A DNA stretch of 64,000 bases. Origin: a virus. The stretch lies in IMG/VR virus record IMGVR_UViG_3300029319_000010, positions 50,214 through 114,213 of that record; one strand, written 5' to 3'. The translations under genes and the position numbers were made by a program. The notes beneath the pieces are model-generated. The model was given only the letters and a program-made list of their open reading frames with translations. It made no database searches and was not told where the DNA came from. Below, piece after piece: positions 1-9,280 of this stretch. Within the stretch, counting starts at the first letter, position 1. Every line of letters begins with the position of its first letter.

Positions 1-1092
1 AACAATAGCTGTAAGAGCTTCTTGTATCATAGAATTGCCGTATTTATCAATAAAGGGCGGCATAGACCATTGTTCTGGTATAAAAAGACCTGCAATACCA
101 ATACCTCCCTTTTCATCCATTAGATCTGTTTCTACAGCAAATATATCATTTGCCTGTGGATTAAGTATCATTTCTTTTAATGGGTTGCATTGATCAAGAT
201 CACCCACTGATCCTGCAGCAATAAACATACCTGTAGTCATCATACCTGAAGACATTGCTGGTCTAATGTACTCATATGTTTGATCCATCTTTGGTGCAAT
301 ACCAGCCTCTTCATGAAAAAAATAAGTACAAGGTCCACCTACACCTGTTGTAGCATTCTTTTCAAAAGATGCTCCTTGTATTTTAGACATAAGTCCTTTA
401 TTTGTTTTTCTATTATTTATTCTAACTTCTATCTTTTGCTCCCATAATAATACTTTCTCAGGTGTACATGGTCTATACCATGCAGTATGTTCATTAAGAA
501 ATGTCTTATATTCATCTAAAAACTTCCAAGAACCTTTATCATTAATATAATCTTTTAGTGATGCTCCCATCTTACATATAGATCCTTCTTCAAACCAAAA
601 TTGATTTATAAGTTTAGCCATATGAAAATATGATGATGCTATCTGTCTTTTCTTTAGAATAGCTGCATGTTTATAATTAAGTTCTGCTAGAAGCTCATAT
701 ATAGCCATATGATATTGTGCATCTCTTACTTTAGCAAAGCCATACTTCTTTTCCTCTTTATCAAATATTGGTAAAAAGTTTAACCACATATAGTAGTCTC
801 TTGTTAGATACCATGTTTCCTTTTTTCCTACGTAAATTACACCATCTCTACACTTTTTCTTTTGATCATTCCAATAATTTATAAAATCTTTAGATCTAAA
901 TGGTTTATCACAATAATATCCTTGCTCATTAAAAATCTTAGCCTCTTTATTAAAGAGATATGCAGTTTTATCAAAATTATATTGACCTGGCTCTTTAAAT
1001 AAAACTACTACAAACTTTTTAAACTCATCTTGTGTCTTAAAATCTGTAGTAGTCCACTTATTATCTTTATATGTAGGTATAGATTTATACAT
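1..1092 (-). CDS. terL: Terminase large subunit, N-terminal ATPase part (continues past the left edge; not in ORF track)
   Basis: Manual translation from ATG 1092 (MYKSIPTYKDNKW...) gives Walker A-like ILKKRQIASSY and Walker B-like YFFHEEAG, as in crAss-like terminases. Confidence 0.9.
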   Translation of the reverse strand, partial: MYKSIPTYKDNKWTTTDFKTQDEFKKFVVVLFKEPGQYNFDKTAYLFNKEAKIFNEQGYYCDKPFRSKDFINYWNDQKKKCRDGVIYVGKKETWYLTRDYYMWLNFLPIFDKEEKKYGFAKVRDAQYHMAIYELLAELNYKHAAILKKRQIASSYFHMAKLINQFWFEEGSICKMGASLKDYINDKGSWKFLDEYKTFLNEHTAWYRPCTPEKVLLWEQKIEVRINNRKTNKGLMSKIQGASFEKNATTGVGGPCTYFFHEEAGIAPKMDQTYEYIRPAMSSGMMTTGMFIAAGSVGDLDQCNPLKEMILNPQANDIFAVETDLMDEKGGIGIAGLFIPEQWSMPPFIDKYGNSMIQEALTAIV

Positions 1093-1354
1093 CCTCTATA
1101 GCCCAAATATCTTGTTGCTTTAATAGAATATGTTCATCTCCCATATGAGATACTTTTACAGGTTGAATAAATTGATTAAATAGAACAACTTCACCTTCAT
1201 GTATACCTTTAACATCATCTCCAATTGCTACAACTGTTCCTTTGTCTTCTGACTCTTGTGCTGTTTCTGGTATATAAATACCACTACTTGTTTTTTCTTC
1301 AGCTTTGTGTCTTATAATTAGGAGCCTGTCTCCTACTGGTCTTATACTTTTCAT
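1085..1354 (-). CDS. groES: Co-chaperonin GroES (Cpn10)
   Basis: IRPVGDRLLI...EEKTSSGIYIP...GTVVAIG...ILLKQQDI; start moved to MKSIR (1354). Confidence 0.93.
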   Translation of the reverse strand: MKSIRPVGDRLLIIRHKAEEKTSSGIYIPETAQESEDKGTVVAIGDDVKGIHEGEVVLFNQFIQPVKVSHMGDEHILLKQQDIWAIEDV

Positions 1355-1364
1355 AGTTTTAAAT

Positions 1365-1883
1365 TTATAATTGATCATATGCTAACCCTTGTCCACCGCG
1401 GACAGAGCTTTTTTGTTCATCTTTCATATCATTATATGCTCCTTTAAATGACTGTCTTATTTGGTCAAATTTAGCAGCAGTATTAACTAAAGATGTTAAA
1501 TTACCGTCTCTACCATGTTCTATAGATGTAGTTTCCATATATCTTGCTAATCTATCTAACATTGTCTTAATACCTTTATATGCTCTATATGTAGGCGTTT
1601 GATATAATTCTTTACAAGTATCTAAACCATGTCTTATTGGACCATCCTCTGGTGAATCCTCTAAACCTATTTCTTCTATAATCATATCTTCTTTTTCATG
1701 CTCAGGCATATTAAAAAATGGATTCATATCAGGATCAGGACATGTCATGTAAAATATATACTGATATATAGACAAATAAGTTTTAGGATATTTATCCATA
1801 ATAGTCTTTAGAGACTTTAATGTATAGCAGTGTTCAGTAGGAACAACTTTGCCATTTTGTATGTCAAATAATTTTATTAGCAT
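1365..1883 (-). CDS. Hypothetical protein upstream of terminase (possible small terminase subunit)
   Basis: 172 aa helical ORF ending RGGQGLAYDQL; function inferred from position only. Confidence 0.45.
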   Translation of the reverse strand: MLIKLFDIQNGKVVPTEHCYTLKSLKTIMDKYPKTYLSIYQYIFYMTCPDPDMNPFFNMPEHEKEDMIIEEIGLEDSPEDGPIRHGLDTCKELYQTPTYRAYKGIKTMLDRLARYMETTSIEHGRDGNLTSLVNTAAKFDQIRQSFKGAYNDMKDEQKSSVRGGQGLAYDQL

Positions 1884-2710
1884 TGTGGATTATCTTTTAA
1901 CCATTTAATTATACTTTGTACTTCATCTTTTAAATACTTTAATGTATATATTTTAATATCTTCTATTATAGGTTCACCTTGCTCATTCTTTTCTGTAATA
2001 GGATATCCATGTTCATTATCACCTATCTTTTTAAATTTTACATGTTGTATTTGTAATTTACCTATTTTTAGTTTAGGATTATGCTTTTTTATTATATAAG
2101 CATATAAACTTAACTGTAAATTATAATGATTAAGATTACAATCATCTAAATGACTTACAGGATTATACATTTTAGATGTTATACCTTCCCAGTTAGTAAA
2201 TCCTTTTTCCTTTATTTCTTTATTAGTTTTATAATCAATAATATGTATTTGATTATTAACTATAGTTACTAAATCTGCTTGACCGCATATACCTAAAGAT
2301 TTAAGATAAACAAAATGTTCTGGATATACACCATCAGAAACTTTTTGATCCGGTGCAATCTTTGTACCGCTACCATCTACTATAGGTCTAACAATAGGAA
2401 CAACTACCCCATCTCTTTCTATAGTTTTAAATTCACATAAGTTTTTTTCTCTTTGATCATGATACCAATTACCAAGTTCAATAGCTCTTTGAGATTCACC
2501 ATCCCAAGCTGCTAGTATTTCTTTTGGTGTCATACCATGCCATTTAGATCTTTTGTTTTTAGATGATTTTTTTGCTTGTGCCTCAGCATCAAACTTAGGT
2601 TTAAATAAACCAACAAAAGATGTAACACTAGTCCATTTAATAGCATCTTTTGAAAGATCTTCATTTAAACTTTCATATATGTGACCATCCTCTTTAAATA
2701 TTACTGTCAT
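1877..2710 (-). CDS. PD-(D/E)XK (Cas4/RecB-like) nuclease
   Basis: SVTSFV, GNWYH, E...GQADL...IIDYKT, HYNLQLSLY. Confidence 0.85.
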   Translation of the reverse strand: MTVIFKEDGHIYESLNEDLSKDAIKWTSVTSFVGLFKPKFDAEAQAKKSSKNKRSKWHGMTPKEILAAWDGESQRAIELGNWYHDQREKNLCEFKTIERDGVVVPIVRPIVDGSGTKIAPDQKVSDGVYPEHFVYLKSLGICGQADLVTIVNNQIHIIDYKTNKEIKEKGFTNWEGITSKMYNPVSHLDDCNLNHYNLQLSLYAYIIKKHNPKLKIGKLQIQHVKFKKIGDNEHGYPITEKNEQGEPIIEDIKIYTLKYLKDEVQSIIKWLKDNPQC

Positions 2711-3086
2711 CTTCTCTAAGTTTTAAATTTTTACTCATTTGTTTTATTTTTTCATCATGCTCCTTTTTTTCATCTGCAATTATTTGTTGTTTAAGTAAAT
2801 TTTCTATTGCACCTGGCATTACTGCTTTCCATCTACCTTTTGGACATGCTGATGATAAAGCTCTTAATTTTAAACTTAAACTGCATCCACAATCAGAACA
2901 ACAGGGCTGTGTTCCATTAACAGCACATGCTTTACCTGTCTTATCTAATAAAGGACATATTTTACATTCTAGCCATCTTAATTTAGCTACAGCTTCTACA
3001 TCATCTTTTTTAAATACTTTATTCTTTACACCTTCAGTAATTTGTTTTATATTTCCTAATGCACCTAATAATTTACTTATTCTCAT
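2694..3086 (-). CDS. Cys-rich metal-binding protein (DUF6171-like)
   Basis: RWLECKICP...CSDCGC...K...SACPKGRW. Confidence 0.6.
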   Translation of the reverse strand: MRISKLLGALGNIKQITEGVKNKVFKKDDVEAVAKLRWLECKICPLLDKTGKACAVNGTQPCCSDCGCSLSLKLRALSSACPKGRWKAVMPGAIENLLKQQIIADEKKEHDEKIKQMSKNLKLREDDSNI

Positions 3087-3432
3087 TTTTAAAATCCTTT
3101 TTTTGTTGTATTTTTTTATTTAATTCAAGAAGAGCTTTTTCCATTTGTTCTAACTTATTTTTTACAGCTACAGACTTTTCATAACCTTTGTATGTAGTCT
3201 TTTGCAAATTACCTAATATATCTTTATTTCTCTTAATTGCTTTTTCAAGTTTAGTTTTGCGTAAACTAAATGTGCCTAGATTAGGTAATATAATTTTACT
3301 TGATGTTAGATTAGATAAATTATCTCTAAACTTCTCATAGAAAAAATATACTAAATCTGCAACTACATCTTTATGTACATCTGCTTTTTCTGCTACTTCT
3401 TTATAAAATTGTTTACTCTTCTTGGGATTCAA
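3073..3432 (-). CDS. HU/IHF-like DNA-binding protein
   Basis: Two N-terminal helices followed by IILPNLGTFSLRK; basic. Confidence 0.65.
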   Translation of the reverse strand: MNPKKSKQFYKEVAEKADVHKDVVADLVYFFYEKFRDNLSNLTSSKIILPNLGTFSLRKTKLEKAIKRNKDILGNLQKTTYKGYEKSVAVKNKLEQMEKALLELNKKIQQKKDFKNENK

Positions 3433-3784
3433 AACTTAATATTTTATAATCTAATAAGATTGTTTCTTCTGTTTGTATATTCATAATAGGATTTATCTTT
3501 ATAATCTTCTTATTCTTACCTTCTTTTACTATTAAGTTTTTCTTTTCTGCTTTTGATAAAGCATTTCTACATGATTGTGAACTTTTAAAAATACCACTGC
3601 TAGATATATGCTCACAAAATTTAGTTAATTCAATAGAATCAAGTTTAGATAACTCTAATAAACAATTAAGATCTGACAAACTTATTTGTATATTATTTAA
3701 AAAGCAATAAGTAAGGATCTGATATTTTATTACCATATCCTTACTCATTCTTACTTTCTTGTCAACTTTATTAACTATAGCCAT
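3413..3784 (-). CDS. Winged-helix DNA-binding protein
   Basis: SSQSCRNALSKAEKKNLIVKEG resembles a wHTH recognition helix and wing. Confidence 0.5.
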   Translation of the reverse strand: MAIVNKVDKKVRMSKDMVIKYQILTYCFLNNIQISLSDLNCLLELSKLDSIELTKFCEHISSSGIFKSSQSCRNALSKAEKKNLIVKEGKNKKIIKINPIMNIQTEETILLDYKILSFESQEE

Positions 3785-4392
3785 GAAGTAACAATATCTT
3801 TACTATCTAGTAATGTATATGTAAAATTATTATTCCATGTATCTCTAGCTTTTCTACATATTTTCATAAATAATCTCCAATCATCATTAGAAGCTATCAC
3901 TTGACAACCTGCTGACCATTTATCTACTTGACTAGATTTTTTACCAGCATATTTAGTTGCTCTATGAATGTTAATACCAAAAAGCCCTGTTTGCGTATTA
4001 TTATCATCTAGATCATAATTATTATCCCTATTATTATCTCTATAGACTGTCATAGGGTTTTGCTGACCAAGAGCTTCATATCTACCTTGATGTTTTCTAA
4101 TCTTATGACTATGCCTATATTGACCTGGTTTTAGTACAGCAACTCCTTCTTTTCTCATTATGTTCTCAACCCAATGAGTACCTGGATCTGTTGTACAATC
4201 AAATGTATGAAATTTCCATATGCCATTTTCTTTGTAAGACAAAGTCATTAAATCATCAAATCTATTTGTAACTTTAAAACCTGTTGAAGAGTTTCTGATC
4301 CCAATTACGTTAAGATTATATTCACCTCTTGTGAAGTACTTATATTCTTTTTGTTTCATAGTCTCTTCTATTTGTTCTCTAGTATATTTCAT
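3775..4392 (-). CDS. Putative endolysin with YkuD/L,D-transpeptidase-like catalytic motif
   Basis: GINIHRA...WSAGCQV (His...SxGC), TTDPG; near a holin-like gene. Confidence 0.65.
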   Translation of the reverse strand: MKYTREQIEETMKQKEYKYFTRGEYNLNVIGIRNSSTGFKVTNRFDDLMTLSYKENGIWKFHTFDCTTDPGTHWVENIMRKEGVAVLKPGQYRHSHKIRKHQGRYEALGQQNPMTVYRDNNRDNNYDLDDNNTQTGLFGINIHRATKYAGKKSSQVDKWSAGCQVIASNDDWRLFMKICRKARDTWNNNFTYTLLDSKDIVTSWL

Positions 4393-4757
4393 GATTTTGC
4401 ACGTTTTAAAGATCTTTTCATATCTTTCTTAATAGATTCTGCCATTTCCTTTCCGGATTTAGCAGCAGATTCAACAGAACTAAGATCTGGTTTTACATTC
4501 GTAGTTGGAGAAGGTGTGGAAGGTGCAGCAGGCATATCATCATTACCTGGACCTGCCATACTTTGAGCAATAAACATTTGTGCCTGTAATCTTTCAGCAC
4601 GTGTTTTTTCTATATCTCTTAAGAGACCTTCATATTCTAACTGAGTTTTAAGAGATGGAATTGTGCTTTTATAATAAGCATGAATCTCTTTTCTTTTCTT
4701 TTCCATTTCCTCCTTAGACATTTCTGCAGGATTTGGAATATTGGTTTCATTTGCCAT
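4389..4757 (-). CDS. Hypothetical coiled-coil protein
   Basis: ORF track; preceded by a TATATTTG promoter match. Confidence 0.6.
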   Translation of the reverse strand: MANETNIPNPAEMSKEEMEKKRKEIHAYYKSTIPSLKTQLEYEGLLRDIEKTRAERLQAQMFIAQSMAGPGNDDMPAAPSTPSPTTNVKPDLSSVESAAKSGKEMAESIKKDMKRSLKRAKS

Positions 4758-4785
4758 GTTAAAAAAATTTTAATTAATAATAAGG

Positions 4786-4793
4786 CAAATATA
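4786..4793 (-). promoter_or_regulatory. Bacteroidota -7 promoter element TAnnTTTG
   Basis: Minus strand reads TATATTTG, about 30 nt upstream of ATG 4757. Confidence 0.6.
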
Positions 4794-4832
4794 AACAAAT
4801 AAAATTTAAATCAAAAAAGTTTAGGATATTTT

Positions 4833-5048
4833 TTATTTTCCTTTAATTTTTTCAAATGAACTTATACCAAAGCTACCTAATGTAACAATAACAAATGAGT
4901 TATATATAACTTCGTTTATAACTAGTTCCATACCACACCATCCTGTAATTAGATCACATATAGCAAATATTACCATTAAAATAAATGATGCAAAGCCAAC
5001 TATAGCTTTTTCATTTATATCATTTTCATCTTTAAATAATTTCCACAT
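4833..5048 (-). CDS. Two-TM holin-like protein
   Basis: 71 aa with two hydrophobic segments and a basic tail, upstream of the endolysin candidate. Confidence 0.55.
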   Translation of the reverse strand: MWKLFKDENDINEKAIVGFASFILMVIFAICDLITGWCGMELVINEVIYNSFVIVTLGSFGISSFEKIKGK

Positions 5049-5051
5049 AAC

Positions 5052-5387
5052 TTAACATTTCCATTTTTTTCTTGCAAGACATGCTCTTTTCTTAGGAGTT
5101 TTCCTGCAATCTATATTAAACTTTTTAATTTGACCTAAATTTCTTGCACAGAAAGATCTTTTACGCGGCCCTCCTCCTGGTTGAGGTGGTTTTAAATTAG
5201 ATCCTGTTTTACGGTTAATCATCTTACGGCCTTTAGCTGTAAGTCCCCCTGATTTACTTTTACAACCATTTTTAATTGTACAGCCTGCCATACCACCTTT
5301 TTTGAATGATTCATACATTCCTGGTACTTTTCTGTTTCTATCATCATATATTGGGGCAACATCTGTCCCTGCTAATATTTGACTCAT
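5052..5387 (-). CDS. Small basic Cys-containing protein (DUF6321-like), FKKGG motif
   Basis: GGLTAKGRK...GSNLKPP...RKRSFCAR...ARKKWKC; start moved to MSQILAG. Confidence 0.6.
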   Translation of the reverse strand: MSQILAGTDVAPIYDDRNRKVPGMYESFKKGGMAGCTIKNGCKSKSGGLTAKGRKMINRKTGSNLKPPQPGGGPRKRSFCARNLGQIKKFNIDCRKTPKKRACLARKKWKC

Positions 5388-5388
5388 T

Positions 5389-5601
5389 TTATTTCTTTTT
5401 ATTTTTTTTCCAACTAATTCTTTTTTTACTGGTTTTTTTTCTAGCCGCAGATGTACATTGTGCTTTAGTAGGTCTACAAGCAGGATATGGTCTTTTAGAA
5501 TCAGTTCTAGACTTTCTTCCACAAGGCTTTCCAGTCTTACAATCTATCCAACCTTTACCCTGGTTTCTACTAAACCATTTACGTAAACCTTCTTTAGCCA
5601 T
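5389..5601 (-). CDS. Small basic protein (DUF5872-like)
   Basis: GLRKWF...WIDCKTGKPCGR...YPACRPT. Confidence 0.55.
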   Translation of the reverse strand: MAKEGLRKWFSRNQGKGWIDCKTGKPCGRKSRTDSKRPYPACRPTKAQCTSAARKKTSKKRISWKKNKKK

Positions 5602-5807
5602 TATTTTTTCTTTTTCTTCTTTTTAGAATTACCCCAATTAGCAGCACCTACCTTTCTACACTTTACTAAAGCTCCTGATCCATAAGCAGATGGCCAGGTA
5701 CCTCCATTTCTAGTATATCTTGCTTTTACTTTATAATAGCATGCATCTTTTTTACTACCACCTTTTTTATATTCTTTATCTTCTTTAACTTTTTTTAATA
5801 CTGACAT
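5601..5807 (-). CDS. Small basic protein, YKKGG motif
   Basis: KKDACYYKVKARY...WPSAYGSGALVKCRKVGAANWGN; start moved to MSVLKK. Confidence 0.65.
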   Translation of the reverse strand: MSVLKKVKEDKEYKKGGSKKDACYYKVKARYTRNGGTWPSAYGSGALVKCRKVGAANWGNSKKKKKKK

Positions 5808-5811
5808 CTTT

Positions 5812-6045
5812 TTATTTTTTACTATGTAATTTCTGTACTTTAAATTTAGCAACAAGTGATGCACCTTTATGTGGTTTAAACTTGCCTGTATGCTTCATTA
5901 ATTTATATCCAGATCCACTTTTCATCCAGTGAAAGCCAGCAGGAGCCTTTACAGACTTCATACTAGTAGATCCACCTTTTTTATAAACACTCTTAGGCAT
6001 TTTAGCATTTGACTTTGTAACTTTTCTTTTATTTAAATGTCCCAT
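5812..6045 (-). CDS. Small basic protein, YKKGG motif
   Basis: VKAPAGFHWMKSG...LMKH; Lys-rich. Confidence 0.7.
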   Translation of the reverse strand: MGHLNKRKVTKSNAKMPKSVYKKGGSTSMKSVKAPAGFHWMKSGSGYKLMKHTGKFKPHKGASLVAKFKVQKLHSKK

Positions 6046-6047
6046 AA

Positions 6048-6392
6048 TTAAAACGGTATTGTTATTGTTAAACTTCCTGAACCTTTACCTATATTTAAAC
6101 TACCCCATATACACATTCCATATTTGCAAAACCCCCTTGATGGTGGTTGTGTGCATTGACAATTAGGTAGATTTAATCTAGGATCACCAGTTCCACCTAC
6201 TTGTTCTGTAAATTTAATTTGTGCAGCTAAAAAACTTCTTAATTCAGCTAGTGTTAATTTATCTTCTTTTAATTGTCTAGCTCCTGCTTCTCCTCTTCTT
6301 CTTGCTATAGTATTAAATATAAATTCAGATGTATCTATAAGGGTATCACTATCTACAATGATTTCATGATATGTTTTTACTTGATCATTCAT
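6048..6392 (-). CDS. Hypothetical protein with Cys-rich C-terminus
   Basis: Start moved to MNDQVK (6392), abutting the upstream stop at 6394. Confidence 0.55.
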   Translation of the reverse strand: MNDQVKTYHEIIVDSDTLIDTSEFIFNTIARRRGEAGARQLKEDKLTLAELRSFLAAQIKFTEQVGGTGDPRLNLPNCQCTQPPSRGFCKYGMCIWGSLNIGKGSGSLTITIPF

Positions 6393-6393
6393 T

Positions 6394-6774
6394 TTAAAAA
6401 GTTTTACGTTTACCACCGTCATACTCCACGGCATAACCTTCTTTTACAAGACAATCATTTACACAAACTTTAGTTATTGTGTCTTTGCCTGCTATTTTAT
6501 CTATATGTAATCTACCAAGAACTCTACCATATTTACCCAGCTCTTGTGATTCTAACTCAAAACAATTAGCCGCACCATCTAACATATCTGTTAGCCTTTC
6601 TTTTGCAGCCAAACCTAATTTCTTTTCAACTTTATTTCTTGTTCTAGATTCTGGTGCATTAATACCAGCAAGTCTAATCCTTTTTTTAACGTGTACACCA
6701 AACCCTAGATCTATCATTGCATCTATTGTATCACCATCAACTACCTTTACACACTTTGCATTATAGTTATACAT
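6394..6774 (-). CDS. Thermonuclease (staphylococcal nuclease-like)
   Basis: VVDGDTID, RIRLAGINAPE, GKYGRVLG, LVKEGYAVEYDGG; start at MYNYNAK. Confidence 0.9.
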   Translation of the reverse strand: MYNYNAKCVKVVDGDTIDAMIDLGFGVHVKKRIRLAGINAPESRTRNKVEKKLGLAAKERLTDMLDGAANCFELESQELGKYGRVLGRLHIDKIAGKDTITKVCVNDCLVKEGYAVEYDGGKRKTF

Positions 6775-7078
6775 TATTAAATATTTTATTCTTAATCTTG
6801 AGCAACTCTGCACATTTTTCATATTCTTCTAGATCTTCATAATAATATATTGTATCATTATAAACATCTTCATCTGGCTCATCACTTGGATTATATATCA
6901 TAATTGCTTTTAAACCATACTTATCATTTACATCTAAAAGATCCTCAAATGAAGCTTTTTTTGTTAAAACCATATACGAGTTTTCAAATGCTTGTTCTAC
7001 AATATAGTTTTCATATTCTATTTTTTCTTCAAGACTCATCTTTTCAGATGATTCTTCATTGAAAGGATCTTTTGACAT
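6767..7078 (-). CDS. Acidic protein with UvrB/UvrC-like (UVR) motif
   Basis: YYEDLEEYEKCAELLKIK. Confidence 0.55.
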   Translation of the reverse strand: MSKDPFNEESSEKMSLEEKIEYENYIVEQAFENSYMVLTKKASFEDLLDVNDKYGLKAIMIYNPSDEPDEDVYNDTIYYYEDLEEYEKCAELLKIKNKIFNNV

Positions 7079-7097
7079 AATTTTAAGTTTTAGTTTT

Positions 7098-7271
7098 TTA
7101 ACCTCTTCCTCTACTTCTCTTTAGAGAAGAAGAACCTTTGAATCTTGCAGCTTCCATTCTTGGGTCCATATTATGAGATCCACCATACATCATGTATCCC
7201 ATACCCATAGTTTTAGGCTTCTTTTTGTCACCACCCGCACGGTAGTTCATTCTTTTTCTAGTTCCTGGCAT
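7098..7271 (-). CDS. 57-aa basic protein (not in ORF track)
   Basis: MPGTRKRMNYRAGGDKKKPKTMGMGYMMYGGSHNMDPRMEAARFKGSSSLKRSRGRG; fills the operon gap, A-rich leader. Confidence 0.8.
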   Translation of the reverse strand: MPGTRKRMNYRAGGDKKKPKTMGMGYMMYGGSHNMDPRMEAARFKGSSSLKRSRGRG

Positions 7272-7300
7272 AATTTTAAATTTTAATAGTTAATAAATAA

Positions 7301-8008
7301 TTACATCATGTTTCTTCTAAACATTCTGTCTCTTTTTCTATCCATACGTCTATCACGTCTTGCTTGCTGTCTCTCTGTTCTAGCATCTATTCTACCCATC
7401 TTTCTAGCTTGTCTGTCCATACGTCTATCCATTCTTCTTTCTTGTCTGTTCTCTCTTCTGTCCGCTCTACGTGCTTGTCTTTCCTCTCTTCTATCAGCTC
7501 TTCTAGCTTGTCTCATCTCTCTCATTAGGTCACGACCTTCTTTTCTAGCCGCTCTACGCATAAATCTGTTTCCTATTCTAGTTAAAGCTGGATCTGGTCC
7601 TCCCATTCCAGGTGCCATATAGTTAAATCCCATAGTTCCTGGTCCTGACATTCCCATCATATTAAATCCTGGTCTTGCATAAGCTGTTTGCATAGGGTTT
7701 ACAACAGGCATTATATTTGATCCTGTACCCATGCCTGCTTCAACGGCAGAGCTTAAATCTCCAGTAGTATTATAATTAGCTATTCCTTCATCAACCATAT
7801 CTGGATTTAGACCTGCATCTATTAATTCTTCTCTAATTTCTCCCGTATCTTGATACGAAGTCAATTTCTTTCTAGTTCCGCCTCCATACCCCATTCTTCT
7901 ACGAGCTGTCCCACCAGATTTAAGATAACCCATTTTCTTTCTAACACTAGGGTCTAATGCTCTTAATCCGTTATATTTTTTACCTTTTGGTATTGCTTTA
8001 AGTGCCAT
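7301..8008 (-). CDS. Arg/Met/Gly-rich low-complexity protein with protamine-like C-terminus
   Basis: Repeats such as RQARRADRRE and RRMDRRMDR; first gene of the leftward operon. Confidence 0.75.
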   Translation of the reverse strand: MALKAIPKGKKYNGLRALDPSVRKKMGYLKSGGTARRRMGYGGGTRKKLTSYQDTGEIREELIDAGLNPDMVDEGIANYNTTGDLSSAVEAGMGTGSNIMPVVNPMQTAYARPGFNMMGMSGPGTMGFNYMAPGMGGPDPALTRIGNRFMRRAARKEGRDLMREMRQARRADRREERQARRADRRENRQERRMDRRMDRQARKMGRIDARTERQQARRDRRMDRKRDRMFRRNMM

Positions 8009-8074
8009 AATTTTTATTTTAAAATTAGTATTTCATTTTTAAGTTACCCTTCTGTAAAGGATCCCCTCACTATT

Positions 8075-8087
8075 TAATATACAAAAA
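8075..8087 (-). promoter_or_regulatory. Candidate late promoter TTTTTGTATATTA
   Basis: Same motif precedes minus-strand units at 37038, 44738 and 47064. Confidence 0.6.
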
Positions 8088-8233
8088 CTCCCCCGGTAAT
8101 GCAAAAATAATGTGTTTAAGGTTCTAATGGGGTTTATGTTTTTGGCTCCCCCAATAAAGTCCGGCAGTGTACTACCCCCAGGTTGTATACTGGCAATATA
8201 TATAAATCTTAAATAAATTTAAAATTAATAGCT

Positions 8234-8569
8234 ATGGCGACAATAAAAATTAAGAACCACGGTTCTCAAATATTAGTAACTGACTCTGATGTAGTCAGAG
8301 ATGTGCAAGGTAATGAAAAGTGTAATGAAGAGTTTCCTTTTCTAAAAGATGTACCAATGTTAAACATTGATCCAACCGGCAAAGTTGGCATCCTTCCATT
8401 AAAGAAAGGATCCAAAATGGCTGAAGTATTTCTTGGCTTACCCAAAGGTACAAAAGTACCTGTTGAGTTAACCAAGAAAGAAATAGAAGGTGCAGATGGT
8501 AAAATCTACTACCGTGCAAGATTAATCTCTTCATACTTTACAGCAATAAAAGCAAAGGCAGATAAATAA
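8234..8569 (+). CDS. Hypothetical early protein
   Basis: First rightward ORF; A-rich leader; followed by two hairpins. Confidence 0.7.
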   Translation: MATIKIKNHGSQILVTDSDVVRDVQGNEKCNEEFPFLKDVPMLNIDPTGKVGILPLKKGSKMAEVFLGLPKGTKVPVELTKKEIEGADGKIYYRARLISSYFTAIKAKADK

Positions 8570-8634
8570 ATCTGCTTTTTGCTTTAGCTTGTCTTATGGA
8601 AGCTACGGTAATATGGAACTTACTGTAGCTTTTT
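8549..8634 (+). terminator. Two tandem stem-loops, terminator-like
   Basis: AAAGCAAAGGCAGAT/ATCTGCTTTTTGCTTT and AAGCTACGGTAA/TTACTGTAGCTT plus T-run. Confidence 0.6.
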
Positions 8635-8748
8635 ACCTGCTTATATAGCAATCCAGGTCCTGAACTTACGCAGAACAGTTGTACCTGCAACTATACAGCA
8701 ACTTTTTTATCTTTTTGCTCCCAAAATAATTTTTGCACAGCAAAAAGT

Positions 8749-8809
8749 TGTGTGTGTTAGTGTGTAAAGATGAGGTATACAATACCACATTTTACCACTT
8801 AACACCACA
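8749..8809. repeat. Imperfect inverted repeat (about 30-bp arms) with 10-bp-phased ACCAC units
   Basis: Left arm reverse complement ATACCTCATCTTTACACACTAACACACACA vs right arm ATACCACATTTTACCACTTAACACCACA; ACCAC at 8784, 8794, 8804. Confidence 0.75.
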
Positions 8810-8844
8810 TGGTCTAACGGAATGAACCGTATTAAATAATATAG

Positions 8845-9275
8845 CTATAACTACTACATCAGGCGTGCCAAACAGAAGAGTACAAGGTAGTACTCACGGA
8901 TTGATAGTAGTAGTTGTAGTCTTATGTTCTCTCTCTATAGGATAAGAGACATAGTAACCGCAAGGTTATAAATTGGAATTAAATAAATAGAGGTTTAGTT
9001 CTTCGGTAATATAAGTAAAGCACAGTAGGATGCTGTTGAGGAGTATTACTGCACCGGTCTACAAAGCTAGTAGATTGCCAGAGATCTTAGGTAGAAACAC
9101 TACTTAGTCTATTAGAGATGTAGTTATAATATATGTGCACAATGTATTATAACTCTCTCTTCTTATAATCTAACAGAGTAAACTGTATAAAAGAAACTAG
9201 GAGAAGTTAACTGCACATGGTTGCAAACATAGATGCAGAGGGTTAGGAGTAATTACCTAATCTTCTGTCTTCTCC
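8845..9275 (+). ncRNA. Candidate structured non-coding RNA or leader
   Basis: No ORF of 60 aa or more; stems 8845-8857/8907-8919, GCAA-tetraloop hairpin 8955-8968, 9122-9134/9142-9154, 9236-9247/9256-9267 inside 9200-9206/9269-9275; G-U pairs work on the plus strand. Confidence 0.4.
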
Positions 9276-9280
9276 ATCAC

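Noticed and set aside
1877-2710. Cas4-like nuclease as part of a CRISPR system
   Set aside because: No repeat-spacer array or other cas genes seen; stand-alone PD-(D/E)XK nucleases are common in phages
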